DNA of 60,054 nucleotides. Source: Gemmatimonadales bacterium. GTDB taxonomy: Bacteria; Gemmatimonadota; Gemmatimonadetes; Gemmatimonadales; GWC2-71-9. Position numbers and translations under genes: made by a program. The notes beneath the pieces were generated by a model, which did not search any database, had not been told where the DNA came from, and saw nothing but the letters and a program-made list of their open reading frames with translations. Shown here piece after piece: positions 10,876 through 20,089 of the stretch (the stretch's first letter is position 1; every line of letters starts with the position of its first letter). The stretch is from assembly GCA_038209515.1 (NCBI GenBank), contig JBBQXQ010000006.1:1-60054 (forward strand), written 5' to 3'.

Positions 10876-12018
10876 GTGAGGGTCGTCTTCCTGACCCATA
10901 ACTATCCCCGTTGGCCAGGTGATCTTTCGGGATCCTTTCTCGGGACGCTGGCGTCCGCCCTGGTCCGCCGGGGTGTCGACGTACGCGTCGTGGCGCCGAG
11001 TGACTCGGGGCAGGGGGGCGCGACAGTCGTGGACGGCGTGCCGGTTCGCCGGGTTCGCTACGCGTCAGCCGACTCCGAGATCCTCGCCTATCGCGGCACC
11101 ATGCTGGCCGCCTTGCGCCGGCCTGGCGGGTGGGCGGCCCTGGTGGGCCTCTGGCGGGCGCTCCGCCGTGCGGCTCGCGAGGAACTCGAGGCCGGTGCCG
11201 ATCTGATTCACGCTCACTGGTGGGTGCCTGCCGGGCTCGCCCTTCCACCGGGCGCACCGAGCGTGCTCACGGTACACGGCACCGACGCAGCGCTGCTCCG
11301 GCGCTCGCGCATCGCCCGGCGATTGGCCCGCCCCGTCTTCCGCCGCGCGCAGGTGGTTACTGCTGTTTCCCGCGAGCTCGCCGTGTGGGTGCAGAACGGG
11401 ACCGGACGCCACGTTGCCCCCTCCCACATCCAGCCGATGCCGATCAAGAGCAGCAACTTCCCCTGGAGCCGGGGCGGTGGAGGGGCCGTGGTGATCGCCC
11501 GGCTTACTCCCCAGAAGCGCGTACGCCTCGCCATCGATGCGGTGGCTACCCTCGTCTCCTGCGGCCATGACCTCCCGCTCACTATTGTGGGGGACGGCCC
11601 CGAGCGGTCCGTCCTCGAACAGCACGTTGCCAAACTCGGTCTCTCCGAGTTCGTGCGCTTTGCCGGAAACGTCGACAGTGCAGCGGTCCCCGACTATCTC
11701 GCTCGTGCCGATATCATGATCTTTCCCTCTCGCGAAGAAGGATTCGGATTGGCCGCGGCGGAGGCTCTGATGGCCGGGGTACCGGTCGTCGCGTGCTGGG
11801 ACGGTGGGGGCGTCCTCGACATCGTGCCGGAAACGGGCGCAGGGCGACTGACGCTTCCTTCGGCGCCCGCCATGAGCGACGCAATCCTGAGCATCCTGCA
11901 GGATCCGGATCGGCGTGAAATGGCCCGTCTGGTCGGCGAGTCCTGGCGGGCCCGGCTCGCGCCGGATCACGTAGCAGAAGTCTGTCACGGCTGGTACCGC
12001 GAGGCCTTGAGTGCGTAG
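10876..12018 (+). CDS. GT4 (GT-B fold) glycosyltransferase
   Basis: IHAHWW, TVHGTD, ARLTPQK, IVGDGPER, PSREEGFGLAAAEAL (EX7E). Confidence 0.9.
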   Translation: MRVVFLTHNYPRWPGDLSGSFLGTLASALVRRGVDVRVVAPSDSGQGGATVVDGVPVRRVRYASADSEILAYRGTMLAALRRPGGWAALVGLWRALRRAAREELEAGADLIHAHWWVPAGLALPPGAPSVLTVHGTDAALLRRSRIARRLARPVFRRAQVVTAVSRELAVWVQNGTGRHVAPSHIQPMPIKSSNFPWSRGGGGAVVIARLTPQKRVRLAIDAVATLVSCGHDLPLTIVGDGPERSVLEQHVAKLGLSEFVRFAGNVDSAAVPDYLARADIMIFPSREEGFGLAAAEALMAGVPVVACWDGGGVLDIVPETGAGRLTLPSAPAMSDAILSILQDPDRREMARLVGESWRARLAPDHVAEVCHGWYREALSA

Positions 12019-12937
12019 CGGCTGGCTCCGAGCGGCCCAGGCGGTGGTGGGTCTCGCGATCGTCGTGTTCGCGATTCGGACCCTCGTTCGAAACTGGGAT
12101 CAGCTGCGCTCACAACCGCTCGAGTGGCAGCTCCGGCCCGGATGGCTCGTGCTCAGCCTCGTGCTCACCTGGCTGATGTACGCGCTGCTGATTCTCGGCT
12201 GGCGCAGCATGCTGAGCGGCTGGGGCCAGCGGCTGGACGGATGGAGCGCTGCCCGGATTTGGATTCTGTCCAGTCTCGGCAAATACATCCCGGGAAAGGT
12301 GTGGGCCGTCGCGGGGATGGCCTTGTTGGCGCAACGGGCTGGCGTCGCACCGTGGGCAGCCACCGGCTCGGCCGTGGTGATGCAGGTGCTCGCAATCGGG
12401 ACGGGAGCGGCAGTCGCGGGACTGGCTGGGGCTCGCAACCTCGAGTCGGCTCAGCGAGGCGCCGGCGCCGGTCTCGTGCTGCTGGTCGCCGGCGCCATCA
12501 TTTCTGTGGGGCTGCTGCTTTGGCCACCTTTCCTGCGTCGTCTGCTGCGACTGGCGGCACCCCAAGCCGCGGGCGAGCGCCAGCCTACGGGTAGAGGCAT
12601 CGTGGTTGGGATCGCTACGAATATTGTTGCGTGGCTGGGCTATGGCCTCGCCTTGTGGCTCCTCGGTCGCGGGCTGCTGCCCAGCTCGGGTCTGGGCCTC
12701 CGCTTGGCAATCGCAGTATTTACGGCCTCGTACCTGGCTGGATTTCTCGCCCTGTTTGCGCCAGGCGGTATCGGCGTACGGGAAGGGCTTTTCATCCTCA
12801 TGCTGCAGAAACCGCTCGGTGTTGGCGCGGCCACCTCGCTGGCAGTAGCCTCGCGACTGTTGCTGACGGTGGCCGAGCTTGGTGCGGCCGTTCCATTTCT
12901 CGTCTTTCGCCGGAGGCAGGTGCGTGTCCCATCCTGA
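12011..12937 (+). CDS. Lysylphosphatidylglycerol-synthase TM-domain / flippase-like membrane protein
   Basis: Multiple TM helices; LGKYIPGKVW and APGGIGVREG motifs of the LPG_synthase_TM (AglD2/YbhN-like) family. Confidence 0.8.
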   Translation: MRSGWLRAAQAVVGLAIVVFAIRTLVRNWDQLRSQPLEWQLRPGWLVLSLVLTWLMYALLILGWRSMLSGWGQRLDGWSAARIWILSSLGKYIPGKVWAVAGMALLAQRAGVAPWAATGSAVVMQVLAIGTGAAVAGLAGARNLESAQRGAGAGLVLLVAGAIISVGLLLWPPFLRRLLRLAAPQAAGERQPTGRGIVVGIATNIVAWLGYGLALWLLGRGLLPSSGLGLRLAIAVFTASYLAGFLALFAPGGIGVREGLFILMLQKPLGVGAATSLAVASRLLLTVAELGAAVPFLVFRRRQVRVPS

Positions 12938-15299
12938 GTCTCCATCCGCCTTAGACCAGATGCCCCGGTGGTGGCCATTCGTCGTCATGGGCGCCCTGAC
13001 GCTGCTCGTGTTCCGCAACTATCTCGTGAGCGGACCGGGTTCGATGCTTCTGGGGCAGGATACCATCGCGGCCGGCATCATGTTTCGCTCCTTCTTTGTC
13101 GAGCACTTCAAGGCCCTTGGCCGGCTGCCACTGTGGAATCCTTATCTCTTCGGCGGTGTGCCCACGATCGAAGCCGGGAGCGGCGATATCCTATACCCCA
13201 CCTCGGCCCTGCACCTGCTCTTGCCCATGCCGAGCGCGCTTGCCTGGAAGCTCATCCTTCACGTCTACCTTGCCGGCGTGTTCATGTATCTGGCGGCCCG
13301 GGCCTTCGGGGTGAGCCGGTGGGTGGCCCTGTTTGCCGGCTTAGCGTACCTCCTGTCCGCCAACCTCGTAAGCCTTGTCTGGGGCGGACAGGACGGCAAG
13401 ATGTACGTCACCGCCCTGTTTCCGGCAGCGTTGTGGCTTCTGGTGACCGCACTCGACCGGCGATCATGGCTCCGGTTCCTCTGGCTCGGCGCGGTGGCCG
13501 GCCTCATGGTCGTGGCCCACCCGCAGCTCGCCTACTACGCCTATGTCGCCCTCTTGGCGTATGCGCTCGGCAGCTTATTCACCCGCCGTCGCAAAGGGGG
13601 AGCACTCCTCGCCACTGGGCTCGCAGGCGGCATGCTCGCCGGGCTCACCGCGATCGGGGTGGCAGCCATTACGCTGTTTCCCATGTACCGGTACTTGCGG
13701 GAAGATTCACCCCGGGCCGGGCCCGGCCGTGGATTTGAGTACTCCGCCAGCTGGTCGCTCCATGCCGAGGAGGCGCTTTCGCTGTTCATTCCTGACTTCA
13801 GCGGCACCGACGCGCAGTCGGAGACGTACTGGGGTAAGAACCCCTTCAAGCACAACTCTGAATACGGTGGGGCGTTGGTGTTTGTGCTGGGCATCGCAGC
13901 CCTGGCGGGTCTCAAAGGCGATCGTCGGCGCTGGGGGCTGGGGGCGTTGGCCGCGATCGCGCTCCTGTACGCGCTCGGCGCTGGCACCCCGGTATTCCGG
14001 CTGTTGTACTCGTTCGTGCCGGGTCTCAAGAATTTTCGGGCTCCGAGTCTCGCGACCTTCGTAGCCATCGCGGCTCTCACCCTTTTGGCCGCGCTGCTGT
14101 TGGACCGCGTGCTGTCCGGAGCAGATTTGCGCGCCCGCCGTGCGCTGTCGACTGCTCTCGTAGCTGGCGGCGTCGCGGCCCTCTTGATCGCCGTCCTGGC
14201 ATTGGGAGGGGGACCGGGGCTGTATGCCAGCTGGACTTCTGTCTTCGGCGCCGCCGAGGGAGGCCAGCGAGCGCAAGCCTTCGCAGCCAACCTCTCGCGG
14301 ATCGTAGGGGGTGCCCTCAGCGTTGCGATCATCTGCGCGCTGGCCTGGGGTGCGGTACTCCTGTGGAATCGGGGTAAGCTTCGAGCACTGCATGTTGTGA
14401 TGATCCTGACGAGCTTGACGGCCATCGACCTGCTTCGAGTGGATAACCGCTACATTCAGGTCGTTCGGTACGACGATTTCTTCCCACCGGATCAGGGTAT
14501 CGAGGCATTACGCGCGCGGCTGGTTCCCGGCGAGCGGGTGCTCACTGTCGGCGGAGTGTATCCCGAGGGGTTTCTGGCGACGTATGGGGTTCCCGAAGTG
14601 TTCGGCTACCATGGTAATCAGCTTCGGTGGTACAACGCGCTCACTCGCTACGACGTGCGCCAGGGGGCCCGCACCGCGGCTGACCAGGAGCAATACTGGC
14701 TTAGCTTTCTCAACAGTGCGGCGCTCCGGGCACTTGCCGCGAGGTACGTCCTCTTGCCGGGCCAGGTGGAGCTCCCCGGTCTCAAACTCCTGGGCGCCGA
14801 TCAACGGGTTGCGGTCTACCTTAACGAAAGCGCCATGCCCGGCGCGGCGGTGGTGCCAGAGGTGCAGGTCGAACCGGACTCCGCCCGCCAGATTGCGCTC
14901 CTCTGGTCGCCCACCTTCGATCCGGCAAAAACCACTCTGCTGGAAGAGGCTGTGCCGTCGATCGGGCATGGGGGAGGGACCGGGACTGCGGTTATTGAAG
15001 GGAACGGGGATGACACCCTGGCCGTGCGAGCTCGCACCACCGGACCCGCACTGCTGACCATAAGTCGTACGTATCATGGCTCGTGGCAGGCGGAGATCGA
15101 CGGCGCTCCCGTGCCCGTCCTCCGGGCTAACTTTGCCTTGATGGCGGTGCCGTTGACCAGCAGCGGCGAGCACCGGGTCGTGCTGCGCTACCGACCCAGG
15201 ATCGTTCAGTCCACCGCGATTGTTACCGCCGCCACCTGGACCATCCTGCTCCTGGTGACTGCCGTGACGGCGCTCTTGAGCCTTCGCCGACGTGGCTGA
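12924..15299 (+). CDS. YfhO-family GT-C polytopic membrane glycosyltransferase
   Basis: First-loop D and PLWNPYLFGGVP motif, HPQLAYY, FRAPS; more than 10 TM helices; C-terminal YHGSWQAEIDG..VLRANFALMAV..GEHRVVLRY YfhO signature; start GTG 12924 or ATG 12960. Confidence 0.82.
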   Translation: MSHPESPSALDQMPRWWPFVVMGALTLLVFRNYLVSGPGSMLLGQDTIAAGIMFRSFFVEHFKALGRLPLWNPYLFGGVPTIEAGSGDILYPTSALHLLLPMPSALAWKLILHVYLAGVFMYLAARAFGVSRWVALFAGLAYLLSANLVSLVWGGQDGKMYVTALFPAALWLLVTALDRRSWLRFLWLGAVAGLMVVAHPQLAYYAYVALLAYALGSLFTRRRKGGALLATGLAGGMLAGLTAIGVAAITLFPMYRYLREDSPRAGPGRGFEYSASWSLHAEEALSLFIPDFSGTDAQSETYWGKNPFKHNSEYGGALVFVLGIAALAGLKGDRRRWGLGALAAIALLYALGAGTPVFRLLYSFVPGLKNFRAPSLATFVAIAALTLLAALLLDRVLSGADLRARRALSTALVAGGVAALLIAVLALGGGPGLYASWTSVFGAAEGGQRAQAFAANLSRIVGGALSVAIICALAWGAVLLWNRGKLRALHVVMILTSLTAIDLLRVDNRYIQVVRYDDFFPPDQGIEALRARLVPGERVLTVGGVYPEGFLATYGVPEVFGYHGNQLRWYNALTRYDVRQGARTAADQEQYWLSFLNSAALRALAARYVLLPGQVELPGLKLLGADQRVAVYLNESAMPGAAVVPEVQVEPDSARQIALLWSPTFDPAKTTLLEEAVPSIGHGGGTGTAVIEGNGDDTLAVRARTTGPALLTISRTYHGSWQAEIDGAPVPVLRANFALMAVPLTSSGEHRVVLRYRPRIVQSTAIVTAATWTILLLVTAVTALLSLRRRG

Positions 15300-16014
15300 T
15301 CGTCTCCTCGTGGTCGTGCCGACATACAACGAGCGGGTCAATCTGCCGCTGGTGGTGCCTGCTATTCTCCAGCAGGACCCCCGGATCGATGTCCTGGTCG
15401 TAGACGACAACTCGCCTGACGGGACCGGCCAACTGGCCGATGAGCTGGCCGCCTCCACGCCACGGGTGCACGTCCTGCACCGGCCCACCAAGTCGGGCCT
15501 GGGGAAGGCCTACCTGGCCGGCTTCCAGTGGGCGCTGGCGAACCGGTATGATCTGATCTTCGAGATGGACGCGGACTTCTCCCACGACCCGAAGTTCCTG
15601 GGCGACTTCGTCCGCGCTGCGGTCAACGCCGATCTGGTGATTGGGTCGCGCTACCGGGCCGGGGTGGTGAACGTCATCAACTGGCCGATCTCCCGGCTCC
15701 TGCTTTCCATCGGTGCCAACCAATACGCCCGCTGGATCACCGGTCTTCCGCTGGCTGATTCGACCGGCGGCTTCAAGTGTTTTCGGCGTGAGGTGCTCGA
15801 GGCCATCGATTTCGAGAAGGTACGGTCCAATGGTTACGCCTTTCAGATCGAAATGAGCTTTCGGGCCTGGAAGAAGGGGTTCCGGTTGGTGGAGGTTCCC
15901 ATCGTATTCACCGATCGGGTCGAGGGACAGAGCAAAATGAACAAGCGCATCGTTCGGGAGGCGATCTGGATGGTCTGGTGGCTCCGGCTTCAGTCCCTGA
16001 TTGGGCGCCTGTGA
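15292..16014 (+). CDS. Polyprenol-phosphate mannose synthase (DPM1/Ppm1-like GT2)
   Basis: VVPTYNER, VVDDNSPDGTG, GLGKAY, EMDADFSHDP, IGSRY, DSTGGFK, GYAFQIEM, FTDRVEGQSKM. Confidence 0.88.
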   Translation: MADRLLVVVPTYNERVNLPLVVPAILQQDPRIDVLVVDDNSPDGTGQLADELAASTPRVHVLHRPTKSGLGKAYLAGFQWALANRYDLIFEMDADFSHDPKFLGDFVRAAVNADLVIGSRYRAGVVNVINWPISRLLLSIGANQYARWITGLPLADSTGGFKCFRREVLEAIDFEKVRSNGYAFQIEMSFRAWKKGFRLVEVPIVFTDRVEGQSKMNKRIVREAIWMVWWLRLQSLIGRL

Positions 16015-16829
16015 GGGGGACCCTCGTCTACAAGATGAGCGGCTCGGGCAACGACTTCGTCGTGCTCGACGGACGCTTTACCGACGCCAGCCGCTGGCCA
16101 GCAGCCCAGATAAGTGCGATCTGCGACCGCGGGAGCGGAGTCGGCGCCGACGGGTTCGTCATTCTCACACCAGCAACGGCGGACTCCGTCCGTATGGCTT
16201 ACTGGAATGCGGACGGGTCGGACGGAGCGCTCTGCGGCAACGCGGCGCTCTGCTGTGGAAGGCTGGCCGTGGTACTGGAGTTCGTGCCACCCGGGGAGTT
16301 CTGTCTGCTGACCGACGCTGGGGTGGTGCGGGTCAGAGCTGGGGCTACCGGGGATGTAGCGGAGATCAATCTTCCCGATGTGGATCTGCCGCGCGAACAC
16401 GGCGGGATCGCGGCGGTGGCCGGCGAGCGCTGGCTCTCGATGGGTAGCGTGGGGGTACCCCATCTCGTGATCCGAGTGGACGACATCGAAGCGGTCGATG
16501 TGGCCGGCCGCGGCCGGTTGCTTCGATCCCATGCGAGTGTCGGGCCCGAGGGCGCCAACGTCAATTTCGTGGCTCCCGCCCGAGGCTCCTGGTTGATTCG
16601 AACCTACGAGCGCGGCGTCGAGAGCGAGACGCTGGCCTGCGGAACCGGAACTGTGGCAGCCGCTCTGGCTTTGGCATCTCGTGGAGAGGCCCAGCTTCCT
16701 CTGAGCTTCCGGAGCAGGGGAGGGCCGGAGCTCAGGGTTCGGGCCGAGCTGGGGGGCCCGCAGGCGACAGGCGTCTGGTTGGGGGGCCAAGGCCGGCTGG
16801 TCTTCCGTGGAGTGTGGGAAGGCATCTAG
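16011..16829 (+). CDS. dapF: Diaminopimelate epimerase
   Basis: KMSGSGNDF, GVGADG, NADGS..LCGN, GVPH, GANVNF, RTYERGVE.ETLACGTG; GTGA overlap. Confidence 0.95.
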   Translation: MRGTLVYKMSGSGNDFVVLDGRFTDASRWPAAQISAICDRGSGVGADGFVILTPATADSVRMAYWNADGSDGALCGNAALCCGRLAVVLEFVPPGEFCLLTDAGVVRVRAGATGDVAEINLPDVDLPREHGGIAAVAGERWLSMGSVGVPHLVIRVDDIEAVDVAGRGRLLRSHASVGPEGANVNFVAPARGSWLIRTYERGVESETLACGTGTVAAALALASRGEAQLPLSFRSRGGPELRVRAELGGPQATGVWLGGQGRLVFRGVWEGI

Positions 16830-16915
16830 GGTCCGCCTTAAGTCTCTGCAACTCAATCACTTACATCGAGCCAACACCGCACACTCCACAGTTCTCCACA
16901 GTTTTCCCCAAGGAT

Positions 16916-16943
16916 ACTTAACATAACATATCTTATACGACGT
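16916..16943 (-). other. dif chromosome-dimer resolution site (XerC/XerD)
   Basis: Minus strand reads ACGTCGTATAA-GATATG-TTATGTTAAGT (11-6-11; XerD arm one mismatch from E. coli TTATGTTAAAT); AT-rich intergenic site where gene orientation converges. Confidence 0.88.
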
Positions 16944-16956
16944 TCTTTCAGCCCGA

Positions 16957-16990
16957 TAAACAAAGGGGGCCTCGCGCTCTAAGGCCCCTC
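16957..16990 (-). terminator. Rho-independent terminator after the TPR gene
   Basis: Minus strand GGGGCCT-loop-AGGCCCC followed by CTTTGTTT. Confidence 0.6.
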
Positions 16991-17022
16991 ATTCGTAGTC
17001 CCGTGCTGCCGTTTCCTTGTCC

Positions 17023-17685
17023 CTACATTTTCCCCTGTGTCAGCTCTGCTAGCCGCACTTGAGCCTCGGTAAAGCTCGCCGATTTTGGGTACTTCTCCAG
17101 TATAATCCGGTACGCCCGTTCGGCCTCCTGCGTCTTACCCGCCTCCCGGTACGCCCGGCCCGCGTCCACCAGATAGTTGGCCTTGAGATACTCGACCTCT
17201 GCCGCGTTTGACGCCCGGTTATACGCGTCCGCGGCTTCGGCCCAGCGCTTGGAGTTTTCCAGGGCGGCGCCCAGGAGACCGTAGGCGGGCGCCACGTACT
17301 TCTTGGCCGGCTTGGCGGCCAGGTACTCTCGCAAGCCGACGGCAGCGAGCTCGCTTTGGCCGTTGACCATGCGGACCTCATTGAGGGTGAGCATCGCTTC
17401 ACTGGCCGCATCGGTCCCCTTATAGGTCGTGATGAGCCTCTGGAGCTCGCTCGAGGCGAGCGGCAGGTTGCCGGCCTCGGCGGCGGCCCGGGCCTGGTTC
17501 AGGCTCCGGGCGGCAAACTGCTCCTTCCGGGTGCCGCTTGCCAGCAGGAACCAGCCGACGATCGCTGCGGCGGCGGCGACCGCAATCGCTGCTACCAGCT
17601 GCCGCCGACGATCCCGGTACCAGGGGGTTGTTGTTACCGGTGGCGGTACCTTTGGTTGGGTTGTCGCTTCCACGGTCGTAGCCAT
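17023..17685 (-). CDS. Single-TM tetratricopeptide-repeat protein (YfgM/CpoB-like)
   Basis: TM QLVAAIAVAAAAAIVGWFLLA then TPR-like helices (LITTYKGTDAA, ILEKYPKS); start set to ATG 17685 because the longer ORF overlaps the tRNA. Confidence 0.8.
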   Translation of the reverse strand: MATTVEATTQPKVPPPVTTTPWYRDRRRQLVAAIAVAAAAAIVGWFLLASGTRKEQFAARSLNQARAAAEAGNLPLASSELQRLITTYKGTDAASEAMLTLNEVRMVNGQSELAAVGLREYLAAKPAKKYVAPAYGLLGAALENSKRWAEAADAYNRASNAAEVEYLKANYLVDAGRAYREAGKTQEAERAYRIILEKYPKSASFTEAQVRLAELTQGKM

Positions 17686-17734
17686 GTCGATCCAGGTTGA
17701 TGAAGAACCGTTGCGGCCGTCCGGGCCGAAGCTA

Positions 17735-17808
17735 TGCCCCCGGCGTGACTCGAACACGCGGCCAACAGTTTAGGAAACTGCTGCTCTATCCATCTGAGCT
17801 ACGGGGGC
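17735..17808 (-). tRNA. tRNA-Arg(CCT)
   Basis: GCCCCCGTAGCTCAGATGGATAGAGCAGCAGTTTCCTAAACTGTTGGCCGCGTGTTCGAGTCACGCCGGGGGCA; cloverleaf, anticodon CCT, CCA not encoded. Confidence 0.95.
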
Positions 17809-17955
17809 GAACGCAACACATTTGGATGCAATGACTTGTCAGATTGGGCTAAGGCAATTTCTCAGCCAACCGGCGGAAACCGCACTTGGCAGGGCCCACC
17901 CTCCACCCGAGCACGGGAAAATGTCCCCCTGTCCTTGCCCGGGCAACCCCGGCGA

Positions 17956-18492
17956 TCAACATCGTGCCACCGCGTGCCACCTGCTTCCTTGAAGCTTCTC
18001 TCGGCCATTCAGGGCGCCGATCTCCAGCAGAAAGCTCCAGCCAACCACTTCGGCACCAAGTCCGCGCGCCAGCTGCCCGGCGGCGCGAGCTGTACCGCCG
18101 GTAGCGAGTACATCGTCGACGATCAGCACCCTGCTTCCTGCATTCCAGGCGTCTCTGTGTGCCTCGAGGGAATCGGTCCCGTATTCCAGGTCGTAGGCTT
18201 CGGTGGCGCGCTCCCAGGGCAGCTTTCCCGGTTTTCTGGCCGGCACGAAGCCCGCGCCGAGCGTGGTAGCCACTGCCCCGCCGAGGATGAACCCCCGGGC
18301 CTCGATCCCCAGCACGTGGGTAACGGCCGACTGCTGAAACGGCCGGCACATCTCCAACACCACGTCACGCAACAGCTGGCCGTCCCTGAGCACCGGGGTG
18401 ATATCCTGGAAAAGAATTCCCGGCTTGGGGTAATCGGGAATCGGGCGCAGGGTCGTGAGCACCCGGTCGGCTATCGTGGTCGTCTCAGGCAT
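17956..18492 (-). CDS. apt: Adenine phosphoribosyltransferase
   Basis: IPDYPKPGILFQDITP, GIEARGF, RKPGKLP, YDLEYG, VDDVLATGGT; start ATG 18492. Confidence 0.96.
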   Translation of the reverse strand: MPETTTIADRVLTTLRPIPDYPKPGILFQDITPVLRDGQLLRDVVLEMCRPFQQSAVTHVLGIEARGFILGGAVATTLGAGFVPARKPGKLPWERATEAYDLEYGTDSLEAHRDAWNAGSRVLIVDDVLATGGTARAAGQLARGLGAEVVGWSFLLEIGALNGREKLQGSRWHAVARC

Positions 18493-18514
18493 ATGGGGTA
18501 TAGTGAAGGCGAGA

Positions 18515-18787
18515 CTACATGATGTCGAAGCTTTGTCCGATCGGAAATGCGGCCGGCTCATCCGAGCGCTCCACCTTCTCCACTCGGGCGTAGGCCGGGC
18601 CCGCTCGCAGCACCTGCTCCAGATCAGGGAGCGCTCCTGCCGGCCCGCTCACCACCACTTCAACCCGACCGTCCGGCAGGTTCCGCGCGTATCCGCTGAG
18701 GCCTAGGGACCTGGCGTGTCGGGCGACGAACCAGCGGAACCCCACGCCCTGCACCTGCCCCGACACCAGGTATCGCAGATCAGTCAC
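18515..18787 (-). CDS. acyP: Acylphosphatase
   Basis: [33 protein letters not shown]; GTGA overlap with dedA stop. Confidence 0.93.
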   Translation of the reverse strand: MTDLRYLVSGQVQGVGFRWFVARHARSLGLSGYARNLPDGRVEVVVSGPAGALPDLEQVLRAGPAYARVEKVERSDEPAAFPIGQSFDIM

Positions 18788-19413
18788 TCGGCCATCCGGG
18801 ATCGTCCGCGCCGCCGCCAGAGCACGTAGACACCCAACAGAATCACGACGCCGGGCAGGACGTAAGTGAGCAAAGTATGGTGCACGTATGTGCCGATGAC
18901 TGCCTCGACCTCTTGCCCATGACGGCCGATGATCCAGCCGAGATACGTGAGAATCGCACACCAGAGTCCCGCGCCCAGTGCGGTGAAGAAGATGAACCGC
19001 CCGAGATTCATGCGGGACACGCCAGCCGGGATTGAGATCAGGTGCCGCACCACTGGCAGTAGCCGCCCTATGAGGGTGCTGATTTCCCCGTGCCGCCGGA
19101 AGAAGGCCTCAGTCCGGTCAAGCGAACGAGCGGAGACGAGCACGTACTTGCCGTACTTGCGCAGTAGCGGCTCACCCACGAATAGGGCCAACGCGTAGTT
19201 CACCAGGGCTCCCATCACGCTTCCCAGGGTCCCTGCCCCAACGGCCAGGACGCTGTTCATCTGACCCTTCGCGGCCAGGTAGCCAGCCGGCGGCATCACG
19301 AGCTCACTGGGAAGAGGGAGAACTGAGGATTCGATGGCCATCAGGACCATTATCCCGGGATAGCCGAGCCTGAGGATGGTGTCCGCCAGCCAGTGAAAGA
19401 CGCTCGAAAGCAT
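18784..19413 (-). CDS. DedA-family membrane protein
   Basis: [43 protein letters not shown]. Confidence 0.93.
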   Translation of the reverse strand: MLSSVFHWLADTILRLGYPGIMVLMAIESSVLPLPSELVMPPAGYLAAKGQMNSVLAVGAGTLGSVMGALVNYALALFVGEPLLRKYGKYVLVSARSLDRTEAFFRRHGEISTLIGRLLPVVRHLISIPAGVSRMNLGRFIFFTALGAGLWCAILTYLGWIIGRHGQEVEAVIGTYVHHTLLTYVLPGVVILLGVYVLWRRRGRSRMAE

Positions 19414-19423
19414 GTGGTGTCCG

Positions 19424-20089
19424 TTATTCGGAGAAGCCGAATTGACCTACGAGAGGCACGAAACGAACGTCGGCGACGGTGCTGGCACGGATGCCGTCTC
19501 CGTTCCGCTCGACCAGGGTGAGGGTCTGCGACGCGCGATCGCCCAATGGAATGACCATGCGGCCCCCCAGCGCGAGCTGCTCCACCAGAGGCCCGGGAAT
19601 CTCAGGCGAGGCCGCGGAGACGAGGATCGCGTCATACGGGGCGAAGGGCCGCCAGCCAAGTGTGCCGTCACCCACGAGCACAGTCACATTGCGAATGCCG
19701 GAATTAGCGAGTGCGGTGCGGGCGCTCTGGGCCAGGTGCGCAACCCGCTCAACACTGAATACCATGCTGGCCAGCAGCGCCAGCAGCGCGGTCTGATATC
19801 CCGAGCCGGTCCCGATCTCGAGCACCTTCTCCCGGCCGGTGAGACCGATCAGCTCGAGGTATCTCGCCTGGACGTATGGCTGCGAGATGGTTTGCCCGCT
19901 GCCAATCGGCAGGGCGGTATCGTCGTAGGCCCGATGGCGCACACTCTCTGGGACGAAGAGATGCCGCGGTACCATTTGGACGGCCCGCAGCACGGCAAGA
20001 TCGCGCACGCCCTTGCGCCGGAGGACCTCCACCAGGCGGTTGCGATATCCGCCGTAGCTGTCGCCCTCACCTACCCCTCCAGCGACCAT
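19424..20089 (-). CDS. pcm: Protein-L-isoaspartate O-methyltransferase
   Basis: VPRHLFV, AYDDTALPIGSGQTISQP, VLEIGTGSGYQ, GDGTLGW, VRFVPL; follows surE. Confidence 0.96.
   Translation of the reverse strand: MVAGGVGEGDSYGGYRNRLVEVLRRKGVRDLAVLRAVQMVPRHLFVPESVRHRAYDDTALPIGSGQTISQPYVQARYLELIGLTGREKVLEIGTGSGYQTALLALLASMVFSVERVAHLAQSARTALANSGIRNVTVLVGDGTLGWRPFAPYDAILVSAASPEIPGPLVEQLALGGRMVIPLGDRASQTLTLVERNGDGIRASTVADVRFVPLVGQFGFSE

Noticed and set aside
10876-12018. GT4 as BshA, given bshC in the window
   Set aside because: It lacks the BshA N-terminal GGSG-x-x-A-T-E-L-G signature and sits in the GT-C cassette
16839-16943. Replication origin, because of DnaA-box-like and AT-rich sequence
   Set aside because: Genes converge on the site, there is a clear dif match, and no dnaA/dnaN/parAB/gidA context is present
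17686-17757. N-terminal extension of the TPR ORF
   Set aside because: It overlaps tRNA-Arg; ATG 17685 is the plausible start
17809-17955. Possible ncRNA between apt and tRNA-Arg
   Set aside because: No recognisable SRP, 6S, tmRNA or riboswitch motif; it is explained as a tRNA promoter/leader (TTGCCC-17-CATTTT on minus)
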